Below, in pieces: positions 1 through 9,722 of a DNA stretch of 64,000 bases. The translations under genes and the position numbers were made by a program. Positions within the stretch are counted from its first letter, which is position 1. Each line of letters begins with the position of its first letter. A model generated the notes under the pieces. That model did no database searches and was not told the origin of the DNA. It saw only the letters and a program-made list of their open reading frames with translations. Origin of the DNA: Blastocatellia bacterium (lineage in GTDB: Bacteria > Acidobacteriota > Blastocatellia > UBA7656); NCBI GenBank assembly GCA_963765495.1, contig CAVXWP010000001.1, forward strand, positions 800,001 through 864,000, given 5' to 3'.

Positions 1-439
1 TCGCGCTCACCCCGGCGCTCTTGAGCGCGGGCACGGCTTCGGTGAAGTTGTCGCGGTAACCGTCGTCGAAAGTTATAGCGACCGCACGCCTGCGGAAGGG
101 CGCGCGAGCAAGCGAACGACGGCAGAGTTCGACGAGACTCAGGCATTCGTAATTTTCTTTGAGGTAGAGGAGGTCGCCTCGAAATTCATCCGCAGGTTTT
201 GTGAGCACATCGCGGCTGCCTATACGATGATAGTACAAAACTACTGCGCGTGACCGGCCCATCATGGCAAGTATCAGATCGCGCAATTGGATGTAGCCGC
301 AATAGAGATAGATAAAAAAGAGGCCCTCTTTGGCAGCCCGGATCATGCGAGACGTAAATGATGCGCGAGAGTTTTCGCCGCGCACGCTTGCCCGGCTCGA
401 TACCAAAGTAGAGATGGTTTCCTCAGTCAGTCTCATCAT
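1..439 (-). CDS. Polysaccharide deacetylase (NodB/CE4), truncated by the window edge
   Basis: Not in the ORF track. Manual translation from ATG at 439 gives MMRLTEE...RAVVLYYHRIG...RAVAITFDDGYRDNFTEAVPALK, containing the YH and TFDDG motifs. Confidence 0.85.
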   Translation of the reverse strand, partial: MMRLTEETISTLVSSRASVRGENSRASFTSRMIRAAKEGLFFIYLYCGYIQLRDLILAMMGRSRAVVLYYHRIGSRDVLTKPADEFRGDLLYLKENYECLSLVELCRRSLARAPFRRRAVAITFDDGYRDNFTEAVPALKSAGVSA

Positions 440-452
440 TTTTCACTCTCTT

Positions 453-1742
453 TTACGCGACTCGAGCGCCCGATAAATCGGCATCCGATAAATCAGCCTC
501 CGGCAAATCAGCGCCCGGCAGCAACCGGCTATAAATCTCAAGCAGAGCCGCGAGTCGCGCCTCAGGCGCGTGATTGCGCAAAACCCTGTCGTAAGCGTTG
601 CGAGCCAGCCCTTGCGCAAGTTCACGGTTCTTTAGCAAAAGATCAAGCGCCCCGCCCATCGCGTTTCTGTCACGAGGTTCGACAAGCAGGGCGCTCTCTC
701 TGTGAGAGACTATTTCGGGCACGCCGCCCGCGAGAGTCGCCGCTATGGGAAGCCTTGCCGCCATCGCTTCGAGCAGTACGTTGGGCGAGCCTTCGGTGTG
801 CGACGGCAGGGCAAGCGCCGAACTCATTCGATAAAACGGTTTTACATCGCTCACCTGCCCGGCAAAGATAACCTGCCTGCCTAGGCCGAGCGCGGAAGCG
901 GTCTTTTCCAGTCGCGCGCCCTCAGGCCCGCAACCGACAATGATCAGCTTGATGCGCTCAGACGGGTTGAGTTTGCAAAGCCGGTCGAATGCATAGAGAA
1001 GATCGAGATGTCCCTTCTCGCGTGACAGTCGCCCTACCGCGAGCACTACGCTTTCGCCGCCCGCGACGCCCAGCCGGGTTCTGAGGGCGTTCACTTCCTT
1101 ATCGCTGATATGTGCGTAAGCGCCCGGGTCTATCGCGTTGTGCAGCACGCTTATGCGATTTGAGGGAGCGCCCGCGCGCGCAATGTCAAGCGCAAATGCG
1201 CGGCTTACGGTAAGGATGCGCGCGGCGGCTCTGAGCGACCACCTGTCGAGTTGGTTATAGACGCGCATCTTCAGATCGGTAGCCGTATATCCGTGATGAA
1301 AAGCAAGCCACGGAATCGAGTTGCAAATTCCCGATTGCCTCAACAGAAAATGCGATTTCACATTATGAGTCTGGATGATGTCGGGCGAGCGCCGGTTTAC
1401 AATTTCTCGCAATTGAACGCGCGCGCGCGGGTCGAATCGGAAGCGTTCGCTGATAATGTCAACGGGTATGCCCGCCTGCCGGGCCGCCGCTACAAAGGGG
1501 GCAGGCTGCGAAGCCTGTAAATCCCGGTCGCCGCGAGAGAAGGTTATAAAGGAGGTCTCGATTGAAGAAAAACCGAAGCGTGAGTGTGCAAGCTCCCGCG
1601 TATGCCTGCAAAATTCCACAAGGTTTTTGGCCGGACCCGTGACGGTAGAGGCCTCTATCACGGCGACCAGTTTAACCTTCTGCCCGGTTGTGGTTGTTCC
1701 AAATAGCATCCACTTCCTTAAATTGCCTGTTCCCGATTCCAT
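453..1742 (-). CDS. Glycosyltransferase family 4
   Basis: VGRLSREKG and EGSPNVLLEAMAA (EX7E) motifs; lies in the EPS cluster. Confidence 0.9.
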   Translation of the reverse strand: MESGTGNLRKWMLFGTTTTGQKVKLVAVIEASTVTGPAKNLVEFCRHTRELAHSRFGFSSIETSFITFSRGDRDLQASQPAPFVAAARQAGIPVDIISERFRFDPRARVQLREIVNRRSPDIIQTHNVKSHFLLRQSGICNSIPWLAFHHGYTATDLKMRVYNQLDRWSLRAAARILTVSRAFALDIARAGAPSNRISVLHNAIDPGAYAHISDKEVNALRTRLGVAGGESVVLAVGRLSREKGHLDLLYAFDRLCKLNPSERIKLIIVGCGPEGARLEKTASALGLGRQVIFAGQVSDVKPFYRMSSALALPSHTEGSPNVLLEAMAARLPIAATLAGGVPEIVSHRESALLVEPRDRNAMGGALDLLLKNRELAQGLARNAYDRVLRNHAPEARLAALLEIYSRLLPGADLPEADLSDADLSGARVA

Positions 1743-1754
1743 CGGGCAGGGTGT

Positions 1755-3170
1755 TCAGACTCGTTCAGGCACAGGCGATAACGCTCGCTGGAAGGGCGCT
1801 TTCTGAGCGTGCCTCGCCTGATTCAATAATCTCGCGTGCAGATTCAGCAAGGACGAACCGAGCGCCGACCAGTCGTAGCGGGCGCTTACAAAAGAGCGCG
1901 CCGCGCGCGCCAGTCTCTGCCGCAACAGATCGTTTTCAGAGACGGCAGAGATTGCGCGGCAGAATTCCTTCGGCGTTTCGGCCATCAGAATATCTTCGCC
2001 GTCGGTTGCTCTTATGCCTTCGGCCCCGAGCCGGGTTGATATTACCGGGACGCCTGCGGCCATTGATTCAAGTATCTTGAGCCGCGACCCGCCGCCTACT
2101 CTCAGGGGAACTACGGCGGCAAGGGCCTCGCGATAGAACGGTCGCACATCTTCGACGGTGCCGGTCACTTCGATGCCCGGCAAACCGGCAAGCGCGCGAA
2201 TGCTTTCGGCGGGCTTGCGGCCTACGATGGTGAATACGAGATCAGGATTTTGCCTTCGCGCTTCGGGCCAGACTTCGCGGGCAAAGTGCGCGCAGGCGTC
2301 TATGTTGGCGTGATAGTCCATAGAGCCTACGAATACGATTCGATTGCGTTTGCCTGCGTACTCTTCTGAGAGATGGCGGCTTGAAATCCACGATCTGTGC
2401 GCCTCTTCGATATTTTTCTCGGAGTGATGATTCACATCCACGCCGTTATCTATGACAAAGACTCGAGCATCGGGCGCAAGCTCGCGCAGGTGCTCGCGGT
2501 CACGTTCGCTCACAACGATGTGAGCATCGAACTCATTGAGCAGTCGTCGCTCCATCGCGGCGATGCTTCGGGCCGTCACTTTCGCGTAGAGGCGATGGAG
2601 CGCGCTCGGCGCGTGCTCGCTATATCGCCTCATCACTTCGGAATCTATATTATGCCAGTCGCAAACCATCACGGGTCGGCTTCGGGCCGAGCGTATGATC
2701 GGCACATAAGATGCCAGATGATGCCCTTCGACCTGAACTATGTCGAAATCCTGTTTATAGAGCAGTCGTTCAAGCTCGCGGGCCATAGCATTTGTGGTGT
2801 AGTTGAGCACGGTGAGAGGCGTTCGGCCCAGAGCGCCGCGAATCATCTTGGACAGCGTGTAGCCGCGCTCGCGCAACACGATGCTTACCTGCTCGCACAC
2901 GTTTTCAAGCGAATCAGCCGGTTCATCCGTATAGCTTTTTGCCGCAGGGTCGGCAACCGGGGCCGCGTAGCCTTCCGAGAAGCATAGATATGACAGGCGG
3001 GCATTGCGGGCCATTTCTCGGGCGAGATAGTAGTTTCTGAGCTTTGCGCCTGTGTTGCGCGGCCAGCACTCATTCGGCGCAAAATAGAGTATGCGGGTTG
3101 TCTCTGTTGCCTGATCCGTTGTGCGAGAGTTTATTGATGAAAACGGGGCTTGTTCGTAAAAATTCTGCAT
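1755..3170 (-). CDS. Glycosyltransferase family 4 (PEP-CTERM/EpsH-associated type)
   Basis: FVGSMDYHAN and PLRVGGGSRLKILESMAAG motifs. Confidence 0.88.
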   Translation of the reverse strand: MQNFYEQAPFSSINSRTTDQATETTRILYFAPNECWPRNTGAKLRNYYLAREMARNARLSYLCFSEGYAAPVADPAAKSYTDEPADSLENVCEQVSIVLRERGYTLSKMIRGALGRTPLTVLNYTTNAMARELERLLYKQDFDIVQVEGHHLASYVPIIRSARSRPVMVCDWHNIDSEVMRRYSEHAPSALHRLYAKVTARSIAAMERRLLNEFDAHIVVSERDREHLRELAPDARVFVIDNGVDVNHHSEKNIEEAHRSWISSRHLSEEYAGKRNRIVFVGSMDYHANIDACAHFAREVWPEARRQNPDLVFTIVGRKPAESIRALAGLPGIEVTGTVEDVRPFYREALAAVVPLRVGGGSRLKILESMAAGVPVISTRLGAEGIRATDGEDILMAETPKEFCRAISAVSENDLLRQRLARAARSFVSARYDWSALGSSLLNLHARLLNQARHAQKAPFQRALSPVPERV

Positions 3171-3357
3171 GCTCGATCTGCTCCCAATTACCAGAAACCA
3201 TGTTCAAAGGCATATATCAGGAACCCTCTTTTTGAGAGAGATGTAAAAAGCAGAGCCATTTCCAGAACGAGTGTCTGCCTGATCTGGAATTTCGTGTTTC
3301 AGATCTCGGACATGCAAAAGCAAATATAACGAAGCGCGGGGCAGAAATCCTCAGAAA

Positions 3358-4704
3358 CTATGCGTATTCGATCTCTTCCAGATCGTCGGCCTCCGGCTCG
3401 GTGGAGGCTTTATATCGAACAATCAGCGCGCCGGCCATCCCTGTAAGAAAACAGAAAATGGATGAATATGCCTGCGACAGGAAAAAGCCCGATACAACAA
3501 ATCCTATAAAACTTACCTCGATAGCCGAAGCCAGCCACCACATCTCTTCGGGGGCCAGCCCTTCGCGTGCGCGCCGTCGGATCAATCTCATCTTTCGGAT
3601 CGAAATTATAAGAATGGCTGTGAAGAGCGCGAGTCCGATAGTCCCAAGCTCGGCCGTGATCTGCACAAATATATTGTGCGGCGAGATGTTTATCTCTGAC
3701 TTCGAATAACGGTCATAGGCCGCGTTGAAACAGCCTATGCCGACTCCGGCAATGGGATGAGCCGCCCACATCTTCAGTCCGGTCTGCCATATCATTACGC
3801 GTCCGGTCTTTTCGTGCAGGTTGTAATCATCCTGATAATCGTAGATGGTGCTGATGCGGCTCCAGTATTCGGGCGGAGCGGCGAATGCGAAAAGCATTAC
3901 GCCTACGGCAAGGGTGAGCAGCGTGTATTTGCGCGCCTGTTTCGACCCGCGCATCAGGATGAGCGTGCCCACAACGATCAGCCCCAGAAACCCGCCGCGC
4001 GAGCCTCCCTTTCCCATGCCTATGAGCATCAATCCGATGGCCGAAATTAGCAGGACGCGCACGAGGGGGCGGCTGGATTTGAGCATAAAGAAGGCAAACG
4101 GGATGCTTACGACAAACAGCAGCGCCAGATCATTCGGGTCATAGGCTTTGCCTACGGCGAGGCGCACTTCCTGTTCTTCGATAAAGCTCTCCCCAAACCC
4201 GGCGAGCATTGCAAGCACAAGAAGCGCGCAACCCGAGACGAGCGCGCCCGCGATTATGCGGCTGTCGCGGTTGGAACGCGCTATCTGTATAAGGAGGTAT
4301 GTGAAGATGACATTCTTGACGTAATAGTCGGTGACGAATTGAAAGCTTTGAGCGGGCCACGCGGCGAGCGGAATCGTTATCGCGCCAAGCGCGAGAATCC
4401 CGAGAATGTATTTGAAAAGCGGCGCGGAACGAAGCCTGATTCGCGAGGCGATGCGCTCGCGTGAGGCGAGAAACATTATTATTACCGCAAGCACCGTGAG
4501 CTTTGCCAGCTGAAGCTTTCCAAGCGCGGGGAACAATTCGAGTATCTGCACTACGAAAAAGAGAGTCATCAACGCAGCGCCAATGACGGGCAATGACGGA
4601 CGCGGCTTTGCGGCGACCGGCGGTTGTTGTTCGATGTCGCCGTCTAATTCAATATCGGCAGCCTGGCTGTATGCGCTTGTCATATCCGAATCAATATGAG
4701 GCAA
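3358..4704 (-). CDS. O-antigen ligase / Wzy-like polymerase
   Basis: Many TM segments; DPNDLA, SRGGFLG, R..IW..G...PIAGVG and HNIFVQITAELG motifs. Confidence 0.85.
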   Translation of the reverse strand: MPHIDSDMTSAYSQAADIELDGDIEQQPPVAAKPRPSLPVIGAALMTLFFVVQILELFPALGKLQLAKLTVLAVIIMFLASRERIASRIRLRSAPLFKYILGILALGAITIPLAAWPAQSFQFVTDYYVKNVIFTYLLIQIARSNRDSRIIAGALVSGCALLVLAMLAGFGESFIEEQEVRLAVGKAYDPNDLALLFVVSIPFAFFMLKSSRPLVRVLLISAIGLMLIGMGKGGSRGGFLGLIVVGTLILMRGSKQARKYTLLTLAVGVMLFAFAAPPEYWSRISTIYDYQDDYNLHEKTGRVMIWQTGLKMWAAHPIAGVGIGCFNAAYDRYSKSEINISPHNIFVQITAELGTIGLALFTAILIISIRKMRLIRRRAREGLAPEEMWWLASAIEVSFIGFVVSGFFLSQAYSSIFCFLTGMAGALIVRYKASTEPEADDLEEIEYA

Positions 4705-4736
4705 GAATCAGGAGGTTGGAATACAAATTTCCCGAG

Positions 4737-5906
4737 TCAGCCCTCGACCTTTACCCTTTCATTGACCGTCCACACGTTTCGTTTGCCGAAGATGAAGTAG
4801 AAAAGCCCCAGGAGCGCCGCCGCGTTCATCACCGAAAAGATGTAAGCCATATTCAGAAGCCGAACCCTGCGATTGCGTTTTAGCAAATAGGCTCCGGCCA
4901 CGACGCTTGCGTAAAACCCGATCTGCCCCGCCAGAAAAAGCCGATAAAAAACCTGCTCAAACCCCTGGGCGGCGGAACCGATCATCGCGATGTTTGCGCC
5001 CAGCAGAAGCAGGAAGAAGATGGGCGCAAGCAGCCTCATAAGCTTGTGCGAATAGAACTGAAAGAAGAGGTTGTAATTGGGCATCAACAGCGCGGGCATC
5101 AACTGACAGAGCTGGTAATTGCCCGTGAGCGTTCGGACCTTGCGCGAAAACTCGCGCCCGGCCGAATCGACGGCCCGGTCGTGCGCTCTTGCTTTTTCTT
5201 CTATCACCGTGCGGAATCCTCGGAGTGCGATCTGCATGGGTGTGTACACATCGTCGAGGATGGTCGAAGGGGGAAGAGGTTTCCAAAGCCCCCGGCGAAT
5301 GGCATAGATCGCTCCGACGGCTCCGACAAGCGAGTTGAAACGCGCTTCGCTCTTGCGAATCCACTCTTCGTATTTCCAGTAAAGTCCCACGCCTTCCCCG
5401 ACGGGCGCTCCTGCGCCTCCATCGAGCAGATACGCGCCCGAAACGGCCCCGACCGAAGGGTCGGCGAAGTTGCTCACCATCGCTTTGATCGAGTCGGGTT
5501 CGAACCACTGCCGGGCATCGGCAAAGACTATGATCTCGCCTTCGGCGGCTGCCACGCCCAGATTGAGCGCCCCGGCCTTGCCCTGCCGCTCGGCGTAATC
5601 GCACACGCGCACGCGTTCGGACTCAAAGCGGCGCGCGATTTCTGCCGTGGCGTCATTTGAGCCGTCCGATACGACGATTACCTCAAGAAGCTCCGGGGGA
5701 TAATTTGAAGCAAGCAGGTTTTTGATTCTGGTTTCAATGTTGATCGCTTCGTTGTGGCAGGGAAGGATCACCGACACGCGGGGCGTGATCGGAGCCTTTG
5801 CGACCTTGCGATTACGCAAGCGGGCCAGCAGCCACACCACTACCGGGTAGCCGATATATGTATAGAGCAGGGCTGCGATTGAAATCCAGAATAGGGATCG
5901 TAGCAT
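4737..5906 (-). CDS. Glycosyltransferase family 2
   Basis: SDGSND, GKAGALN, FADA and LDD motifs with N- and C-terminal TM segments; start set at MLRSLFW. Confidence 0.88.
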   Translation of the reverse strand: MLRSLFWISIAALLYTYIGYPVVVWLLARLRNRKVAKAPITPRVSVILPCHNEAINIETRIKNLLASNYPPELLEVIVVSDGSNDATAEIARRFESERVRVCDYAERQGKAGALNLGVAAAEGEIIVFADARQWFEPDSIKAMVSNFADPSVGAVSGAYLLDGGAGAPVGEGVGLYWKYEEWIRKSEARFNSLVGAVGAIYAIRRGLWKPLPPSTILDDVYTPMQIALRGFRTVIEEKARAHDRAVDSAGREFSRKVRTLTGNYQLCQLMPALLMPNYNLFFQFYSHKLMRLLAPIFFLLLLGANIAMIGSAAQGFEQVFYRLFLAGQIGFYASVVAGAYLLKRNRRVRLLNMAYIFSVMNAAALLGLFYFIFGKRNVWTVNERVKVEG

Positions 5907-6237
5907 GCGAGATTTTCCTGTTGAGTCAGGCCCCCTCATCAAAACAAAATGCTTAAAGCGAATCCATTTCCAGAGCGGAGGCGGGTTCAAAAGTGGTTGA
6001 AGAAATATCTGGAATGTTCTCGCTCAGACCTGATAATATGTTTCGCGAATTAAAGGAAGGGCGGGGCAGCAAAGACCCGTCAATTCCTCATTCAAGTTCC
6101 TGGCTCATTCAGCTCAATTACTGACCGAGATTTATTTCGTCGGGGAAAGGTTTAGCTTATGAAAAAAGCATTAGTTCCCGCCTGCGGTCCATCGGTATGC
6201 CGTAGTTTCAGACGCTTTGTATTGATGAGAGTTATTA

Positions 6238-7243
6238 GATGATCCGACAAATAAAAAAAGAAGCGTGCTTGGGAGACCCACCCGAAAGTGGGCTCACTTC
6301 ACCCCTTGCACCCTCCTCACTGAAGTATGCGATTGAGATGTACCAGCCCGACCACCGCCGACGCTACCATCGGGAACAACCCCATTGCCAGCCGATACTT
6401 CTCTCTCATAATCTTGAATCCTTTCACTCTTCTTATTCCGTGTTCTACATGTACTCTCACTCGCGCCTTCGCTCGATTCTCCTCTCGCTCATCATCACTT
6501 AGCTCACCTCCTTTCGGCTTCTTGTGCGGTACTTCGATTCCCTCTGTCCCTTGATAGCCCAAATCTCCTTGCTTGCTCGCTTCTCGATATTGCTCCCCCA
6601 CTCGACTCGCTTCATAGACTCGCTTATCCGATGCTGGCCCGCGATGTCCAGCACTAATGCCCAGCACTTCTCCCTTTCGATCACTCTCTACTTAACTCTT
6701 GAGCGTATGGCATTTCTTTTTGCCCGAATATACACGCTTTTGACGCTCATAATTGGAAGGGCGGGGTATTGGCGTCTCGAAGCTAGAGATGAGAATTCGG
6801 TCTATCTCTTCGATTTTGAGGCTCGGCTCCTGACCTCGAAATCTCTTCTGTGCCTCAAAGCGATTGGAGGGAAAGAGTTCTCTGAGCAAGGGGAGAATCT
6901 CGTGAAAGAGATTCTCAGACGTGTCGGCGCTGACACCAAACAAGGCTGCGACAACGCGCGTGAGCGAGGTTGTGACGCAGGTAGATGAGAACGAGCAAGA
7001 CCTCCTGAGAAGGAGTGAGTTTGGGTTTTCTACCGCCGCCGAAAGAGCGTTTGCGATCAGGGCGTTGAAGTTTGGCCTGTTGACGGAGATGAACCAACTG
7101 CGGCACGGTAGTGGACAACAATTGTTGAAGGGCATTTGTGGTCATGCCGGTCAAAGCGCGGAGTCTTGCAGGTTTGAGCTTGTTGATATGTTCGATTGTC
7201 ATGCGAATAGTTTACCAAAACCCATCTTATTTCTCGGATCATC
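6238..7243 (-). mobile_element. IS5-family (ISL2-like, DDE_Tnp_4) insertion sequence, about 1.0 kb
   Basis: Terminal inverted repeats GATGATCCGAcAAATAA (6238-6254) and GATGATCCGAgAAATAA (7243-7227), flanked by TA on both sides (6236-6237 and 7244-7245). Confidence 0.85.
6317..7202 (-). pseudogene. Degenerate DDE transposase
   Basis: N-terminal HTH (RALTGM...GGGRKPKL...LIYLRH) and catalytic-region motifs YSGKKKCHTLK, GDLGYQG and RVHVEHGIRRVK are split by a frameshift near 6960 and a TAA at 6692-6694. Confidence 0.85.
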
Positions 7244-7889
7244 TAATGATCAGCGACAGAAGACGAAGCCGGACCCGGCCACCCCGGCTACCAAATTGAT
7301 CGGCAAGAAGACGGGCAAGAAAGTAAAGCCGGGTGACAGATTACGCGTTCGTAACTCTGATGGAAGCGAATCGTCGGAATTTATCTATCCCTGATGATTC
7401 AATCGCACCGACTCTTTAGCCGGTTGCGGCTCTCATAGGCATCAAAAACTTGCAGATAAGTTGAACGAAAGACGATTGGAAATAGACCAGGTATTCGACG
7501 CATGCGGCGGACCAACGCGGATCTTATGCTCTTGAGTAATCCGTGGCCTATCTCCATTTTCCTGTCCTGCGCTTTGGAAAACTGAATAACCCTGTCTCTT
7601 GAAGCGCCTCCGATCCCGTTTTTGAAGATTCTTGACATCGCTTCGCAGGTCTGTTACTACTACTGCCATCGAAGAGTACACTGGCAAACGTATTCTCGAT
7701 TTATTTTGCCTCCGCAAGGTAATGAGTCTGATCGCTTACCGATTTGCCCCAATGTTCGCGCTGTCGCTCTGTGATAACCGACCCGGTTTGTTTATGCCGG
7801 ACAAGTCAAGCGTGACAAAAGATCGCGCATAAGGCTTGAAGTTATGGCGCGAATTTAATGCGGTTCGCGTTATAGGTGGGAGATTATTG

Positions 7890-9185
7890 ATGACCGAGAT
7901 AGATTGGGCTGGGCTGCTCGCCGCCGAAGATGTCGAGATGTTGTGGAACGGGCTGTTTCAGATGATCTCTCGCCATCCGGCTGTGCGACCTCTTCATTTC
8001 GCAACCGATGGGGCCGCCGTCACCTCTCAAAGCGAGATCAATGCCGATCTTACGCAGGAACTCTTTCTGGAACTCTTTCAAAAACAGCGCTTCGAGCATT
8101 ATCTGGACAACGACTACACGAGCGCCGAAATCGAAAACGAGATAGCGCGAATAGAGGTGCCCAATCTGGTTGGGGCGCGATTGCGCAAGCAGTACCCGGA
8201 ATCCTTCCGAATGGCCCGGCGCGTGAGCGCGCTTCTAAAATCAAGCTCCAATTTTCGCCGGTTCGGACCCGGCTCGGAGTCAAGCCTTGAGAAGCCTCTG
8301 CGCCGTCGCGGGCGTCCGCCTAAAAATGCCAAGCCTCCCGCCGGTCCGTCAAATGATGAAAGCCTGAGCTACGGCGAAGAAGAAGACGATTTTGAAGCGA
8401 TAAATGAAGCTCAGGATGAAGAGTGCGTTTGCCGGGATAACGATAAGGTCGCGTCAAACGAGCCGCGCCGCCGCCGTATGGTGAATCAGGTCTTCGGCCT
8501 CCGTGAATGGCCTTCGACAAAACCAATAGGAGACTCGGGCCATTTCGCCGAAAAGATAAAGACTGTGCCGATGCGAAAGCGCGACACGAGGCTTGTGGGA
8601 CGATCAGGCACGACGCAGTTGATACTGTCGAACCCCGAACTTGAACGGTTGATAATCGAGGTACTTCGGGCGATAGAGTCGCCTGCCGATGTCCGCACTA
8701 TTCGCCAGCTTGTGCTGTCAAAGATACCTCTTCAGGATTATAACGTGGCCTCGCTCGATGAAGAGCTTCGCGCCGGTAACAACGGCTCAACCGTTCGCCG
8801 CGAGACGGCAGATACGCGTGAAACCCCCGAATCCGCTATGCTCAGGCGAGAGCGACACGAGGAAGCGTCAAAACTGGCCTGCGATTTTTTGGATTCGCTG
8901 CGTCATTCGGTCAACAACAACGAGCGGCGATTTACCCGATTGCTTTCGACTCTATGGTATTGCTATTACGATCCCAAGAGTCTTTCACAGATAGAGATCG
9001 CTCAATTGCTCGGTGTTTCGGATTCGCTTGTAAGCGACAACCGCCGACTCATCGAATATGAGTTGAAGAAGTTGAGTCTTTCGGTCGAAGAAGGCGCGAT
9101 CTTTTCCGAGTCGCTCCAGCAACTGATTGCCGGGAAGACAAACCGACAGGCTAAAGGCGGCCTCTCGCAAAGGAAATCTCATTAA
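7890..9185 (+). CDS. Hypothetical sigma-70-like DNA-binding protein with an AT-hook
   Basis: DLTQELFLEL (region 2-like), RRRGRPPK, an acidic tract and a C-terminal HTH LSQIEIAQLLGVSDSLVS; GGGAG RBS upstream of ATG 7890. Confidence 0.6.
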   Translation: MTEIDWAGLLAAEDVEMLWNGLFQMISRHPAVRPLHFATDGAAVTSQSEINADLTQELFLELFQKQRFEHYLDNDYTSAEIENEIARIEVPNLVGARLRKQYPESFRMARRVSALLKSSSNFRRFGPGSESSLEKPLRRRGRPPKNAKPPAGPSNDESLSYGEEEDDFEAINEAQDEECVCRDNDKVASNEPRRRRMVNQVFGLREWPSTKPIGDSGHFAEKIKTVPMRKRDTRLVGRSGTTQLILSNPELERLIIEVLRAIESPADVRTIRQLVLSKIPLQDYNVASLDEELRAGNNGSTVRRETADTRETPESAMLRRERHEEASKLACDFLDSLRHSVNNNERRFTRLLSTLWYCYYDPKSLSQIEIAQLLGVSDSLVSDNRRLIEYELKKLSLSVEEGAIFSESLQQLIAGKTNRQAKGGLSQRKSH

Positions 9186-9220
9186 CAAGGAAATCTCATT
9201 AACAAGGAAATCTCATTAAC
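9170..9220 (+). repeat. 3 x 17-bp perfect tandem repeat AAGGAAATCTCATTAAC
   Basis: Read directly; the first copy contains the TAA stop of the 7890 gene. Confidence 0.95.
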
Positions 9221-9271
9221 TCCGCAGTTGCGCGTGATCCAATCAGGGCTGAGTATTTCGGGGCTCTGGTG

Positions 9272-9646
9272 TCATACCATCTGCTTGTTTGCGCCCGGAT
9301 TCGAGTAGAAGCGCCGCAGCAACTCGTCCACTTCCTTTTTTCCTATGACTTCGAAAATAATACTGGGCGGCAGTTCCAGACCGTCGGCCAGTTTCAGGGC
9401 CGTCTCTACGTTTAGCGTGTTGACGACAGATGAAAGTATTTTTGACAGTAAGCCCTGATCGAACCCTGTCCGGCGGCAGAAATCAACCTGCCTCATGCCT
9501 TTTGCTTTCAACTGCGTGTTGACTAAATCGGCCAGTGGAGAGTGACGGGACTGTCCGTTCGAGGCGCCGTTTGAGTTGGAATGAGTTGCGATGCTCGTGG
9601 CGGAGAAGAGTGGTTTAGACATAGGGGGCTCCTGAATCATATTCAA
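9272..9646 (-). CDS. XRE-family HTH regulator (start uncertain)
   Basis: LKAKGMRQVDFCRRTGFDQGLLSKIL...NVETALKLADGL is a Cro/C1-type HTH. Confidence 0.75.
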   Translation of the reverse strand: MNMIQEPPMSKPLFSATSIATHSNSNGASNGQSRHSPLADLVNTQLKAKGMRQVDFCRRTGFDQGLLSKILSSVVNTLNVETALKLADGLELPPSIIFEVIGKKEVDELLRRFYSNPGANKQMV

Positions 9647-9722
9647 TTTCCATTTCTTTTGCGCGGCTATCGCGCTTTTACTCGATTCTATAATTGCTTT
9701 CCTGTTGACAGGGGCGAGCGGG

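Noticed and set aside
9170-9220. Possible CRISPR array
   Set aside because: 17-bp units with no spacers, and no cas genes in the window.
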